Part shown: piece by piece, positions 1 through 10,597 of the stretch
How positions within the stretch are numbered: the stretch's first letter is position 1
Layout of the letters: every line of letters begins with the position of its first letter
Source of the DNA: Catajapyx aquilonaris
Lineage: Eukaryota
Reading direction: 5' to 3'
DNA: 33,084 nucleotides
NCBI GenBank assembly: GCA_000934665.2
Contig: JYFJ02004324.1
Coordinates: 1 to 33,084 of the forward strand
Made by a program: the position numbers and the translations under genes
The notes under the pieces: generated by a model
The model's input: the letters and a program-made list of their open reading frames with translations, nothing else
What the model was told of the DNA's origin: nothing
Databases searched by the model: none

Positions 1-104
1 TAGTAAATTTATGTCCTTTTGTACGATGTAGAGTGTCCCCCCATAGGAGCCCTGCTCCAGGCCGGGGTAATCAAATAAATAAATAAATAAATAAATAAAT
101 AAAT
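1..104 (+). mobile_element. 3' end of a retroposon (SINE/LINE) with (AAAT)n tail
   Basis: ...GGGGTAATC followed by (AAAT)n, the same 3' ending style as the SINEs at 15405 and 27989. Confidence 0.5.
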
Positions 105-126
105 ATATTGTAGCCTATACTGCCTA

Positions 127-548
127 CAGGATGACCATAAAGTGTAGACATATAAACGATTGGATCATATGGTTGGTTTCCAGTTGTGCCAACTAACAGG
201 TTGTTGACCGTCAGTAATGGTTGAGTTGGCACATTTGGCACTTGGAATTGGCACTACTGGCAACCAACCGTAATGATCCAATCAGTCAGTGGTTTCCAAC
301 CGGAGCGGGGAGTCGCGAGCCTTGGTTCAACGTATTTCTGTGTCAATTGAACCATTTTTGCCGTACAGAGTGTATGTTTTCTGGAAAGGGGGCAGTTTTA
401 GAAGGGGCCGGGGGGGNNNNNGGGGGGGGGGGGGTCGCACATTTATGGAAACATGTTTAAGGGGTCGCTGTTGCTGTTGGTAAAAGGTTGGTAACCACTG
501 ACCTAAGTGTTCAGATCTGTTCAGACTTTAGGCTTTAGGGTCACCCTG
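127..548. mobile_element. Tc1/mariner-like MITE (hosts a hAT MITE)
   Basis: TA|CAGGATGACCATAAAG ... CTTTAGGGTCACCCTG|TA imperfect TIRs, TA TSD. Confidence 0.6.
287..500. mobile_element. hAT-like MITE, same family as 12664-12828
   Basis: TIRs CAGTGGTTTCCAACC / GGTTGGTAACCACTG; internal sequence matches the copy at 12664; TSD degraded. Confidence 0.8.
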
Positions 549-798
549 TACACAGTAGCTATATCCTGTATAACCAGTCGTCCTCATGGAGTTTCCATGT
601 AATGCTTCGAGTTATGCTACAGATATTCACATTATTTTAGGCATCTGCATCACATGAGAACATCCAGCATAAATGCGCCACTTACCATGGGGACACGGTG
701 ATGTGCGTGATAGAGTGGTTAAACACGCAGTTTTACACATCTGATGAGTACAATAATTCTATGCCCGGGTAGTTTCAAGAGGTTATCTCCTTCGCGTC

Positions 799-821
799 CT
801 CTCTCTCTCTCTCTCTCTCTC
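799..821. repeat. (CT)n microsatellite
   Basis: Direct reading. Confidence 0.9.
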
Positions 822-1073
822 CCCCCCTGTTCAAAACACATTATTATCTCCTATTTCCTTCTCCCATGCCTCATAGCCGTAGTTGCCTGAGATCCCCACA
901 ACCAACCAAACCAAACCACTTGAGATCTTGAGTCGTCTATCGTGACACAATGCTGAGTGGGTGAGAATGGTTCAATATCATCACTCACGAGTGGTATGAC
1001 TTTGATCTTTGTGAGTGACTTACTAAAAATAACCAGGTGAAGCAAATTAAGAAAAATTTTGTGCCAGGAATAA

Positions 1074-2406
1074 CACAGCGCAACAAAAAAAAAAAAAACT
1101 TTCGGCGTGTTACTCGGAAACCACTATGTAGGCTACATCATGTTAGTAGGACCCAAAGTAGCTGGGAAACGCCCGGGATTTCTCTCCCAAAATGTGCAGT
1201 GGGTCAGGGTGATCAAAAATCCGAAAAATTCAAAATATTGACGTTTTTTTGGCCTATTTCCAGGTCTGGCAACCACTGTAAGTTTCAGATTTGGTTTTTG
1301 CTGGCATTATGTGTTACCTGGGACTAGTCTGAAGCCACTATGGTGTTTAAAGTCAATCTTGTATAGAAATTGTAGGTTTTCCAGGGTCCTTTATATGGGA
1401 AAAATTCCGTTTTTTGGTACTTTTTCGTCAATTTTTGGGGAACAGTGTATGATTTTTTTTTAAAAAAAATGTAGCGTAATGGGCTCTTTAGAGACCCTAC
1501 AATCAAGGAATAATAGTAGAACTTTCCTATGCAACCCTAGTACGCGTGTGCAAAAGCCTAATCTTGGGTAAAATCGCGTTTTTTCGCATTTTTGGTGATT
1601 TGACTTTTTTCAACATTTAAAACCAAATATTCCTCGGCTTTAAAATAAATGAATTCTTCTTAGTCTAACAAACTGTCAGGGACCCCCATAGTATGGAAAA
1701 AGACTATGATTTCCATAAGCAACCCATGTACGCTTGTATTTTTTTTGTACGCGTACGCGTACATGGGTTGCTTATGGAAATCGTAGTCTTTTTCCATACT
1801 ATGGGGGTCCCTGACAGTTTGTTAGACTAAGAAGAATTCATTTATTTTAAAGCCGAGTAATATTTGGTTTTAAATGTTGAAAAAGTCAAATCACCAAAAA
1901 TGTGAAAACACGCGATTTTACCCAAGATTAGGCTTTTGCACACGCGTACTAGAGTTGCATAGGAAAGTTCTACTATTATTCCTTGATTGTAGGGTCTCTA
2001 ATGAGCCCATTACGCTACACTTCTTTTTAAAAAAAAACATACACTGTTCCCCAAAAATTGACGAAAAAGTACCAAAAAACGGAATTTTTTCCATATAAAG
2101 GACCCTGGAAAACCTATACAATTTCTATAAAAGATTGACTTTAAACACCATAGTGGCTTCAGACTAGTCCCAGGTAACACCTAATGCCAGCAAAAACCAA
2201 ATCCGAAACTTACAGTGGTTTCCAGACCTGGAAATAGGCCAAAAAACGTCAATATTTTGAATTTTTCGGATTTTTGGTCACCCTGACCCCCTGCACATTT
2301 TGGGAGAGCAATCCCGGGCGTTTCCCAGATACTTTGGGTCCTACTAACATGATGTGCATAGTGGTTTCCGAGTAACACGCCGAAATCTTTTTTTTGTTGC
2401 GCTGTG
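1074..2406. mobile_element. ~1.33-kb fold-back (palindromic) non-autonomous DNA transposon, CAC-terminal (Chapaev3/CMC-like or Transib-like)
   Basis: Arms 1074-1733 and 1757-2406 are reverse complements with scattered mismatches; 23-nt spacer; ends taa|CACAGCGCAACAAAA ... TTTTGTTGCGCTGTG|tag. Confidence 0.85.
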
Positions 2407-2730
2407 TAGCCTAATCAAAAATGGTCCATACTGAGCAAGTTTCCACTTGCTCCAGTTGACGCTTCATAAACGAATTTAATTCTTGCATATACAGTATTAC
2501 TTATAAATAAATCTTATCTTATGACAATGATTTTTTTGTGATATTATCTAGTCATTTATTATGATGGTATTTTAACTGTATCACTCATAATGCGGTGGAG
2601 GGTGGCAGTCACACCGATCTTCATCATTCTACAGGGTGTATCATCTGAACTCACAGTCAGTGCCCCGACGTATATGACTGCCTTCCTAGCTACCAGAGGA
2701 TCGATTTAAGTATAGGAGTCATTTAGGAGG

Positions 2731-3364
2731 CTATTGTGCTGACTCCGAGCCAGCACAAATTTACTTTTTTGTGCCGTCTGTTGTGCTGGCTATTGTGCTG
2801 ACATGAGAGTCAGCACAGGAGACCTGCCCCTCCTCCCTTCTCCCCCTCCTTCTGCCCCCTCCTGCAAGGCTTCCTCCTGCCCCAGCCCCTCCTCCGCCTC
2901 CCCCCACCTGAGTCTTCACCACCATTCCTGCAATGCTGCAAAAATGAGCAAATAATTTGCAAGTATCCTATATATTTGCAAGTCCTTCATCTTGCCGTGT
3001 CACCAACTGTCACCTGTGCAGCAGAAATGAGAGCAACTTGCACTCCAACCGACTCCAACACAGTGGCAAGCCTGAGGTTTTTCCCCGCTGGACAAAGCAC
3101 GAGAGCGGATCAGCGCATGAATCATGCGCAGATGGGATTGTGCTGTCTGGATTTATCATGTGACTTTCATGTGCCGACTGTTGTGCTGGCTGAGCATTTG
3201 TTTTAGCACACCATGTGCTGACTATTTATCCAGTCAGCACAGTCTCGCGCATGTGCTGAGTCGGTGCTGACTTAATATTCAAATCCCCGTGCTAACTCCT
3301 GTGCTAACTAGAGCACCTTGTGCTATCTACGACATAGCACATAGTCAGCACATGATTTGCAGTG
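2731..3364. mobile_element. Degenerate CACTA/EnSpm-like non-autonomous element
   Basis: Many GTGCTGAC/GTCAGCAC-type subterminal repeats in two clusters; right end TTTGCAGTG|TA; left terminus not found. Confidence 0.45.
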
Positions 3365-4232
3365 TAGAGTCAACATGCAGCACCGTGGAACTTCAAAGTA
3401 GATACATCTCCCAGCAGGCGCAGAACAACTTATTCCCATTCTAGTGTATCAGTCATCAGTGTATGGAACCTTGCTCAGTTGTGGCCTGAATGTTGGTCGC
3501 AGTAGCAGTGGTGGAAGTTCCTCGATTCATGGGCTATGTGGCTGCATGCTAGGAAAATAACTGAATCGGTAGTTACGAAAAGGGCCTACTTGTAAGTGCT
3601 ATGATCCAATTTCTACCCATTTATGAGAAAAACACACAAAATTGACCTACTTATTCCCATTATTTTTTCCTATTATTATTATTTTAGTGAAGATTTATTA
3701 TATACGCAGCAGAGGAATTTGACTGACATGCGGTTTTCATTCAGCACGCGTGTTGACTTGCATCCACGTCCTTCCCAGTTGGAGGACACTTCCTGCCCTG
3801 GATAAAATATGTACCAAACACCTTCAGCTTTACATTACTACAACTGCAAACACTAGACGGGACTGTATATTACTTACCGCGGCCAGGCCAGCAGGGGACT
3901 CCTGCGCACTCTTATTTCTTCGGTGCCTTACTGGTTTGTGCGTTACCTGGCACAAGCTTAGTACCCGAGGAAAACCTGTCGGGCGAAGGCTTATTACCCT
4001 CGTGACGATGGGTTTGGGCTAAGTGATCACCAGAGGTTCTGGGCTTACGCTTGCCATGTATAATCGACGTAAACTTCTTGGCTGGTTGTGTCATTATTTG
4101 GCGAGGGTATTTCCTTATTAGTTATGACAATGGTTGCTGCTGACCACTGTATATCTCGGTAAGGTCTAGTTCTGGTAAGCGCTCGATTTGGGAAATTAGA
4201 GCAGAATCCTGCTTGGCGCAGTAGTCTAATAA

Positions 4233-4748
4233 TCTATATCAATAAAGACGTTTGTGAGTCTGTCTGTCTTTCTGTCTTTCTCTCTGTCTGTCTGTCCGCC
4301 CACCAATGCCATCTGGATGCGGTCCTTCTCCGGCCTGTATAACCCCAACCGTCATTTGCCTGCCATCTGTGGTCCATCTGCAACACCTCCAACCTCCCGG
4401 CCTTCCTAATCTATCTATATCTATTCTATCTATATAAATAAAGCCGTTTGTGAGTCTGTCTGCCTCTCTGTCTGTCTGTCCGCCTTCCAACCGTCATTTG
4501 CCTATCATCTGTGCTCCACCCCCAGGCCGGGAGAGGATGGAGGTGTTGGGGGGTTGACTACAGAGGGCAGGCAAATGACGGTTGCCGTTATACAGGCGGG
4601 AGAGGTTGAAGGTGTTGGAGTAGCAGGACCACAGATGGCATTGGTGGCCGGACACACAGAAAGACAGACAGTTGATGGGGGTACGGGTACTGGCAGGTGT
4701 TTTCCCTCCATTCATTTCTTCCCGGGCAACGCCGGGTGCCGCAGCTAG
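4233..4748 (+). mobile_element. Non-autonomous Helitron (Lep1-like)
   Basis: a|TCTATATC 5' end, (CTGT)n tract, 3' hairpin CCCGG-GCAACG-CCGGG, terminal CTAG|t, A|T insertion site, no TSD; second 5'-end copy at about 4410-4500. Confidence 0.85.
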
Positions 4749-4935
4749 TTAGGTCATAATTGAAGGGCCGCGCCCGCCCCGAATAATGTTTGTAAGTGAC
4801 ATTAGTGAGAATGGTCACTCACAACATTATTCGGGGCGGCCCTTCATATTATTAATTCAACCAGAGACATCTTTCGAAAAATGTCTCTGGTTGAATTAAT
4901 ATATTATGGAATGTATCTTTCATATGCATCTAAAT

Positions 4936-5292
4936 CAGGGGTGGGAAAACTACGGACCTCGAAGACAATTTGTGCGCGGCCCGCGTATTCCTGAAAATAT
5001 TGAAAATTTCAAAATTTTATACCTGTGCCTTTATTTTTAATTATTTTTGATTCACAAAAATTTGGGTTTTAAATGTATACAAGTACAGGCCATTTTTATT
5101 ACTATATTTAGCTAATTTAATAGATTTTCAGAGAGTTTAATGATAATTTATGTAGTTAATGGAAGTTCATTTGAAACGAGGGATATATTATTGTAAACCT
5201 TTTAATAAGTTGCTTTTGTTAGATGCGGCCCGTCAATTTTTTTGAAATCTCTATGCGGCCCACGGAGAAAAAATTAAGTTTGCCCACCCCTA
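4936..5292. mobile_element. hAT (Charlie/Buster-like) MITE
   Basis: TIRs CAGGGGTGGGAAAACT / AGTTTGCCCACCCCTA; GCGGCCC subterminal repeats; 8-bp TSD atctaaat/ctctaaat. Confidence 0.85.
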
Positions 5293-6380
5293 CTCTAAAT
5301 CGACATTTTTCGGGTAAATAAATGTCATTGCTGGAAGTCTGCTGTAACTCTCCATATCTATGTCTCTCTTGCTATGTCTTCACCCAGATCAACACGATCC
5401 TGTAACAATTTCTGCTTGGCATACAATCATAGCCTCACAGTACCTGCAATCTATTTCTCGAGGCTTTGTCCTATCATGATCCAGACTCATAATTATGATG
5501 CCTTAGCCTTACCTTTGCCATAAATATAGGAAAGGCTGGAGCGTTTCTTATGGAAACTTCACATAAGGGAGAGTATAACCTCCAATTACTCCGGTGCCAG
5601 CTCTCTATACACTTCACGTGCCACACAAGGGTTTTTAGCAGCCACCTCGAGGAACTTGGTCATCTTCTTCTCTCCGCAAATGTCAGATTGAAAACATTTG
5701 AGAAGTTGGGCCCAGTCTGGATAGGATTTAGCATGGATGGGCAGTAACTTTTTGTTCGTCATGAATGCATTCACCCTCTTGTGTACTTTGTGGATGGTCC
5801 CTCACATCATCTTAATTCATACAAATACGTTAACTCCTGCTTTTCTGAATTGACACGGAGTTCAGAATTGGATGCCCCAGGGCAGCTATTCGGACATCCT
5901 TTCTGGTTTTGAATTGTAAGAGAAGTCGAACTAGCAGATGAATCACCCTCACAATATATTCGCAGAATAGTAAGGATCGCCCCAAAATTGCACAGTAGTT
6001 GTCTTCGCTATGCATTAATTTCTCGAAATATTCTATATTCGTGCCTTATTACGTATTTCTTGGTGAGTCGGGCAAACAGTTATCCTCGCTTAATTTCTCC
6101 GAATGATTCTCAGACTTGGAATCGCAAGTGTTTTTCTTACTTCTTACAGTCTTCGCATCATTATTGGAATGACATTTAGCAGACTTAGACTTGTGTTTGT
6201 CACTCTGTATAGCAGGCTACTTATGCCCTTTTCAGCCATAACTGGACTGCCACACTTTGCGGTTGCTGACCACTGAGTGTTAAGTTGATTTTGTTTCAGA
6301 AAATTATTATGAGCTTATAGGAGATATCTCTCTGTAGTACTTTAGGACTTTTTCGATCCCGAATGGACTGGCAAACTTCG

Positions 6381-6470
6381 AAGTAAAACTTCTATAAGTC
6401 GATCTTCCCTAAGTCGAAGTTCTCTATAAATCGAAGAAAATGATGAGCTTGGTTGGTCACAACGTAAAAT

Positions 6471-6512
<42 letters not shown>

Positions 6513-7368
6513 TTTTATTTTACCTCCCTGCATCAGACTCAGGGAGGGACTCCCTCCTTTACATTACCTTCCCCCCCCCCCCCCAAGATTTANCCAAGAG
6601 TTACAAATATATACATTTTAGCCTGGGCCAGTTTTACTTGGAGGGTGATGGGGGGGGGGGGAAGGGGGGAAGGGAAAGAATAGAAAAGAAGAGGACTCAG
6701 TCTATGCTGGGTTTATATAGGTTTAAATGCCATTTCGCTACATATTTTAGGAAAAGGAACAGTGCTTTGGTATCACTCTGAGATGGAGCCGCAAAAATCG
6801 TAGTGATACTATTTCTAGGAACCAGAGGAAGATTTTTAAAAAATGCGCGCCTTCCTCCAACGAACATAGGACAATATTCATAGAGGGTGTGGTACCAATC
6901 GTCAATTTCATCTTGATTACAAAGGCCACAAGTTTCCTCTTTGTTTCTTTTTACTGAAAAGGCTCCACCCAGAGGAATCCAAGAGGAATTTGTCCTGAGA
7001 CATACCAACACCCTCGCTATTGAAAATACATTCTGTTCTGTCATAATTAGTAAGCTGGGAGGTATCGATGATTGTCATAGAAAATTGCTTTGTCATAATT
7101 TGATTTGGACCTTATTTGTTAAACATTTGTAGTCGTTGAGTACCTCGGTATCAAGCATTGTTTGGGCGAGTATAAAATATTTTTGGGTCACAATGTAAAA
7201 TAATAGGAAATAAACTTCCCTAACTCGAATTTCTATAACTCGGAAGTTCTCCATAACTCGAAGTGCAGGCAGGGCATTACGATGGGATATCAATACATTT
7301 TCAGTCTCCCTAAGTCGAAGTTCATGTTGGCGAGTAGAGAAATGGTTCTCATTTCCCAGTAGAAGGGG
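6381..7368. mobile_element. Partial pogo/Tigger-like MITE (family of 23100-23965), interrupted by a LINE
   Basis: 6381-6471 and 7186-7368 are the reverse complement of about 23712-23965. Confidence 0.8.
6472..7185 (-). mobile_element. 5'-truncated non-LTR retrotransposon (LINE) 3' end
   Basis: Minus-strand ORF 6697-7044 has a C-terminal zinc-knuckle CGLC..EIDDWYH..EYCP..R typical of LINE ORF2; (TGAT)n 3' tail (6471-6510); ~17-bp TSD ggtcacaa(c/t)gtaaaata. Confidence 0.85.
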
Positions 7369-7430
7369 CGAGCGTAGGCCACATGTACAGTACAGAAAGG
7401 CTTAATTTCCTGATGTCCATCTACCAGACG

Positions 7431-7656
7431 AACCGAAGCTGGTAGGCATAGTGGCGTCCGACTGCTAATCCGGAGGTCCTGGGTTCGAATCCCGGGGCCG
7501 GCAACCCTGACCGTGGTTTTCTGTGGTTTTCCACGGTCTTTCTAGGATAATTCCGGGGTCGCTTCCGTATAACAGGCCACAGCCGCTTCCCTCCTTCCCT
7601 ATCCTTGGAGGTTGAAAGGCAATGCTGGGCCACCCTCCTTAATATCAATTATAAAG
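7431..7656 (+). mobile_element. tRNA-derived SINE
   Basis: B box GGTTCGAATCCC at 7482-7493; GGTTTT..GTGGTTTTCC and GGCCACAGCCGCTTCC body; TSD tctaccagacg. Confidence 0.85.
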
Positions 7657-7694
7657 TCTACCAGACGTATACCGAAAGAAGGGTTTGACTCGAT

Positions 7695-7959
7695 TGTGAC
7701 CTCATCAGGGCGATCGGACGGGATGACACAAACGACTCGGCGTTAAGATCAGACTGGTTTATTTCAGTTGATGATGTGACCATGAATTGATACAGAATGA
7801 CGGTAAGGATGGACAAGGTAAGGGAGTGCTGGGAGCGACCAGGATTAATAGCGTCTGTGTTTTATTATGACCCTGTGTGTGTCCCTTTCAGGAGCCTACA
7901 TCTAGGAAATCCTTGGACGTCGAGGTGGAATATTGATATACATTTGAGAAGATATTACA
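7695..7959 (-). mobile_element. Probable solo LTR
   Basis: TGT...ACA ends, 265 bp, AATAAA on the minus strand about 65 nt from the end, flanks cgat/caat (4-bp TSD with one CpG-type change). Confidence 0.45.
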
Positions 7960-8029
7960 CAATTTTTGTTTCATAGACGAAGTGTGTCCAGAAATCATGG
8001 TAATTCAGGTAGGAACCATTTCCTTTGAA

Positions 8030-8285
8030 ATGGGGGAACATTCCGACCGATGCGATGGGGAAAACATTACTGATAGGAGAAGTAGTAGGTAGCCGCACTA
8101 CTTGTCCGGAACATTCCCTTCAATCTTCGGAAACTTTCCAGATTTTTTGACTGCGATTGGGTAATATTTCCTCTTTTTTATGGGGGAACATTTCCGTCTG
8201 ATGAGGGAAACATTACTGATAGGATAAGTGGTATAGGTACCCGCACTTGCCCGGAACATTCCCTTCGATCTTCGGGAACGTTTCT
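8030..8285. repeat. Two diverged direct repeats, period about 150 bp
   Basis: ATGGGGGAACATT...AAACATTACTGATAGGA...CCGGAACATTCCCTTC..TCTTCGG at 8030 and 8180. Confidence 0.8.
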
Positions 8286-8473
8286 GGCACATTTGGTGGC
8301 AGCTATAGGGTACCTCCAAATGTGTCGGGAACTTTCCGAAAAATGTTTTAATGTGTATAGCGGAAATTGTGTAATTTTGATACACCCGTTAGGCCTACCA
8401 GAAAAATTCCGCAATAGTCAAGTTTCCATTATACACAGGGTCCGTTGTAGACAGGATTCACTGTATATTTATA

Positions 8474-9064
8474 CAGGGTGGTCGGTAAATGGCGCACAAG
8501 CTTCAGGTAGCGTCTTAGCGAGATTCCTTGTCAAAAACCAGTATATGGAAGTGAAGGTCATATTGCTCTACGAGGCCTGGTTATGGCTCACGAGGCCTCA
8601 AAAGTTTGGGCCAAATCATGACGTCACATCCGCCCGCGAAATTCAAACACTACCGTATCGCTCCCGTCCGCGGTGTTGCCAGGGGTTGCCATGTTGACAC
8701 CCCCTGACATTTCCACCCAACAGTGGAACCGTATAAACTCGCCGGGACGTTGCCAAGCACGCGGCGACGAAGGTATGGCAATGCCTGGCAACGTCCCCGC
8801 GGCGAGTTTATTACGGTTCCATTGTTTGGTTAAAATGTGGGGGATGTCAATATGGCAACCCCTGGCAACGCACCGCATACAGTAACGATACGGTAGTGTT
8901 TGAATTTCGCGGGCGGATGTGACGTCATGATTTGGCCCAAATTTTGGAGACCTCGTGAGTCCTAACCAGGCATCGTAGAGCAATATGACCTTCACTTCCA
9001 TATACTGGTTTTTCACGAGAAATCTCGTTACCTGAAGCTTGTGCGGCATTTACCGACCACCCTG
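8474..9064. mobile_element. Palindromic Tc1/mariner-like MITE (591 bp)
   Basis: TA|CAGGGTGGTCGGTAAATG ... CATTTACCGACCACCCTG|TA; arms about 285 bp, short spacer. Confidence 0.92.
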
Positions 9065-9135
9065 TATACAGCGAAACCTGTACATATCTGAATAGCACGT
9101 GACTCTAAAATTCCGCAATGAACAAGTTTCCGTTA

Positions 9136-9297
9136 AGGCCATTTCACAAAAAAAATGTCGCGCGGCAAACGGCGCGACTTGCGGCAAATTTTTATTTATA
9201 TTTATTGTTGTCAACAATTGGCAACAATAAATATAAATAAAATCTTTGCCGCAAGTCGCGCCGTTTGCCGCGCGACATTTTTTTTGTGAAATGGCCT
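9136..9297. mobile_element. Palindromic PIF/Harbinger-like MITE
   Basis: TTA|AGGCCATTTCACAAAA ... TTTTGTGAAATGGCCT|TTA; nearly perfect hairpin. Confidence 0.88.
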
Positions 9298-9555
9298 TTA
9301 TACCCTCGAGAAGCCATTTGTGCGATTATTTCGTAATACTTTAAAAGAACCTTCTGTACAGTGGAGATGTAGAAGCCATTTTCCAGAATTTCATAATTTT
9401 GTTGCAATCACTTATTGCAAATTTAGATGTCCAATATATAGGACACTGGGTCTTAGCTATAATAACATTCCTTCTCTATATTTTTCAATGAATTAAAAAA
9501 AAACACTTTTATCTTTATTTCAATACAGCAGCCTAAATCTTACGTTTTCCTTGTA

Positions 9556-9717
9556 CAGTACCGGCCAATAATCGAGGCAACGACTAGAGACATCCTCCCG
9601 AAGCGGCAGAAGAAGGAATCTTGCTCGCCCGGCTTCTAGCATGCTTATCTTCGATTCCTTCTTCTGCCGCTTCGGGAAAATGTCGCCAGTCGCTGCCTCG
9701 ATTATTGGCCAGTACTG
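9556..9717. mobile_element. Palindromic Tc1-like MITE
   Basis: TA|CAGTACCGGCCAATAATCGAGGCA ... TGCCTCGATTATTGGCCAGTACTG|TA. Confidence 0.88.
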
Positions 9718-10199
9718 TACAGTATAGCCATACTAGAGGTTACATTTGCCGAGTGTCCCCTATAGGGGACGGCCCTTTTCTTACAATCTAGCATTCCATA
9801 ATTTTTTTAAAAATCACTTTGTTGTGTTTTGGGGACTATTATGAACTAATAAAAACAAACAAAAAACTAAATTTAAACAAAAAATCTTTCAGGCATATCT
9901 GGGTTTATTATATTACCCAGGGCTTTACGCAGGGAGTACGACGATTTGCGGTACGGTCGGGTACGGTCATTTGCAATTCCGCATTAGTGCGTCCATCTCT
10001 CTCGATGTGCGCAGGCTCCGCAATCCTCAATGCAGTCCCGTACTGAATCCCAAAGTAACACACTAATGTATAAGAACATGGTGCAAGAATATACAGTGTT
10101 CAATACGAATTTTCAGCCTGGCTCCCAAACTCTCTCCGAATATCTCATATTTTCACGCATGCAAGACGTGCGCCATTTCCAACCCAATGCGCCATCATC

Positions 10200-10549
10200 A
10201 ATGCGCATATCACGTGACACCATATGCGTAGCGCGATAGAAGTGAAGAGACTCCCATCGTCACCAGAGGCGCTGAAAATTGTGCTCATTTTTATAGTGGC
10301 CTGAACTTTTTTTTTAAAACACCCGGACTATACCTTCCGCCCCTCACTCCCCCTCGTTTTTTTTAGCGTCGTAGGGCGGGAGGAAGACGGACCGACCCAC
10401 CGCCAGCCACCGCTACGAACGTCTGTCAGCGCCATCCAGTTTCAGCTTCACCGTTACTACGCTCCCACCTCCCCCTGACTTCCCCGGCCCGCACTCCTAC
10501 TACCCCTCAGCCCTCTGTACCCGTCTTGCCTAGCTTTCATTGAGGGATC
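10200..10549 (+). promoter_or_regulatory. Probable ANP32 promoter / 5'UTR region
   Basis: CpG- and C-rich segment directly upstream of the ATG; E-box (AT)CACGTG(AC) at 10211-10216; TSS cannot be placed from sequence. Confidence 0.5.
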
Positions 10550-10597
10550 ATGGAGAAGAGGATAGAGCTCGAGAAGCGTGGGAAGAGCCCTGCTCAG
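10550..10597 (+). CDS. ANP32A: ANP32 coding exon 1 (MEKRIELEKRGKSPAQ)
   Basis: ATG in context GGATCATGG; 48 nt; donor CAG|GTATTA; matches the ANP32 N-terminus. Confidence 0.93.

Noticed and set aside
1074..1100. RAG recombination-signal-like heptamer/nonamer (CACAGCG..ACAAAAA)
   Set aside because: The spacer is 2 nt rather than 12 or 23, there is no 5-bp TSD, and no RAG/Transib ORF is present.
3810..4129. TGT...ACA-bounded segment as a solo LTR
   Set aside because: No matching TSD and no clear polyadenylation signal.
5300..6300. Possible highly decayed LINE ORF2 remnant
   Set aside because: Only a vague resemblance (..SYF..YWNDI); no motif I can support without BLASTX.
7431..7500. tRNA genes at the three tRNA-like heads (7431, 15405, 28330)
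   Set aside because: Cloverleafs are incomplete, and each is followed by a SINE body and flanked by a TSD.
7681..7740. Minus-strand CTGATGAG suggesting a hammerhead ribozyme (also CTGATGA at 741 and 8198, CTGAAGA at 14713)
   Set aside because: No stem II followed by GAAA with the required stem I/III pairing.
10259..10274. CTCF-like motif GTCACCAGAGGCGCTG
   Set aside because: One base short of consensus spacing and may lie in a TE remnant; cannot be supported without ChIP data.
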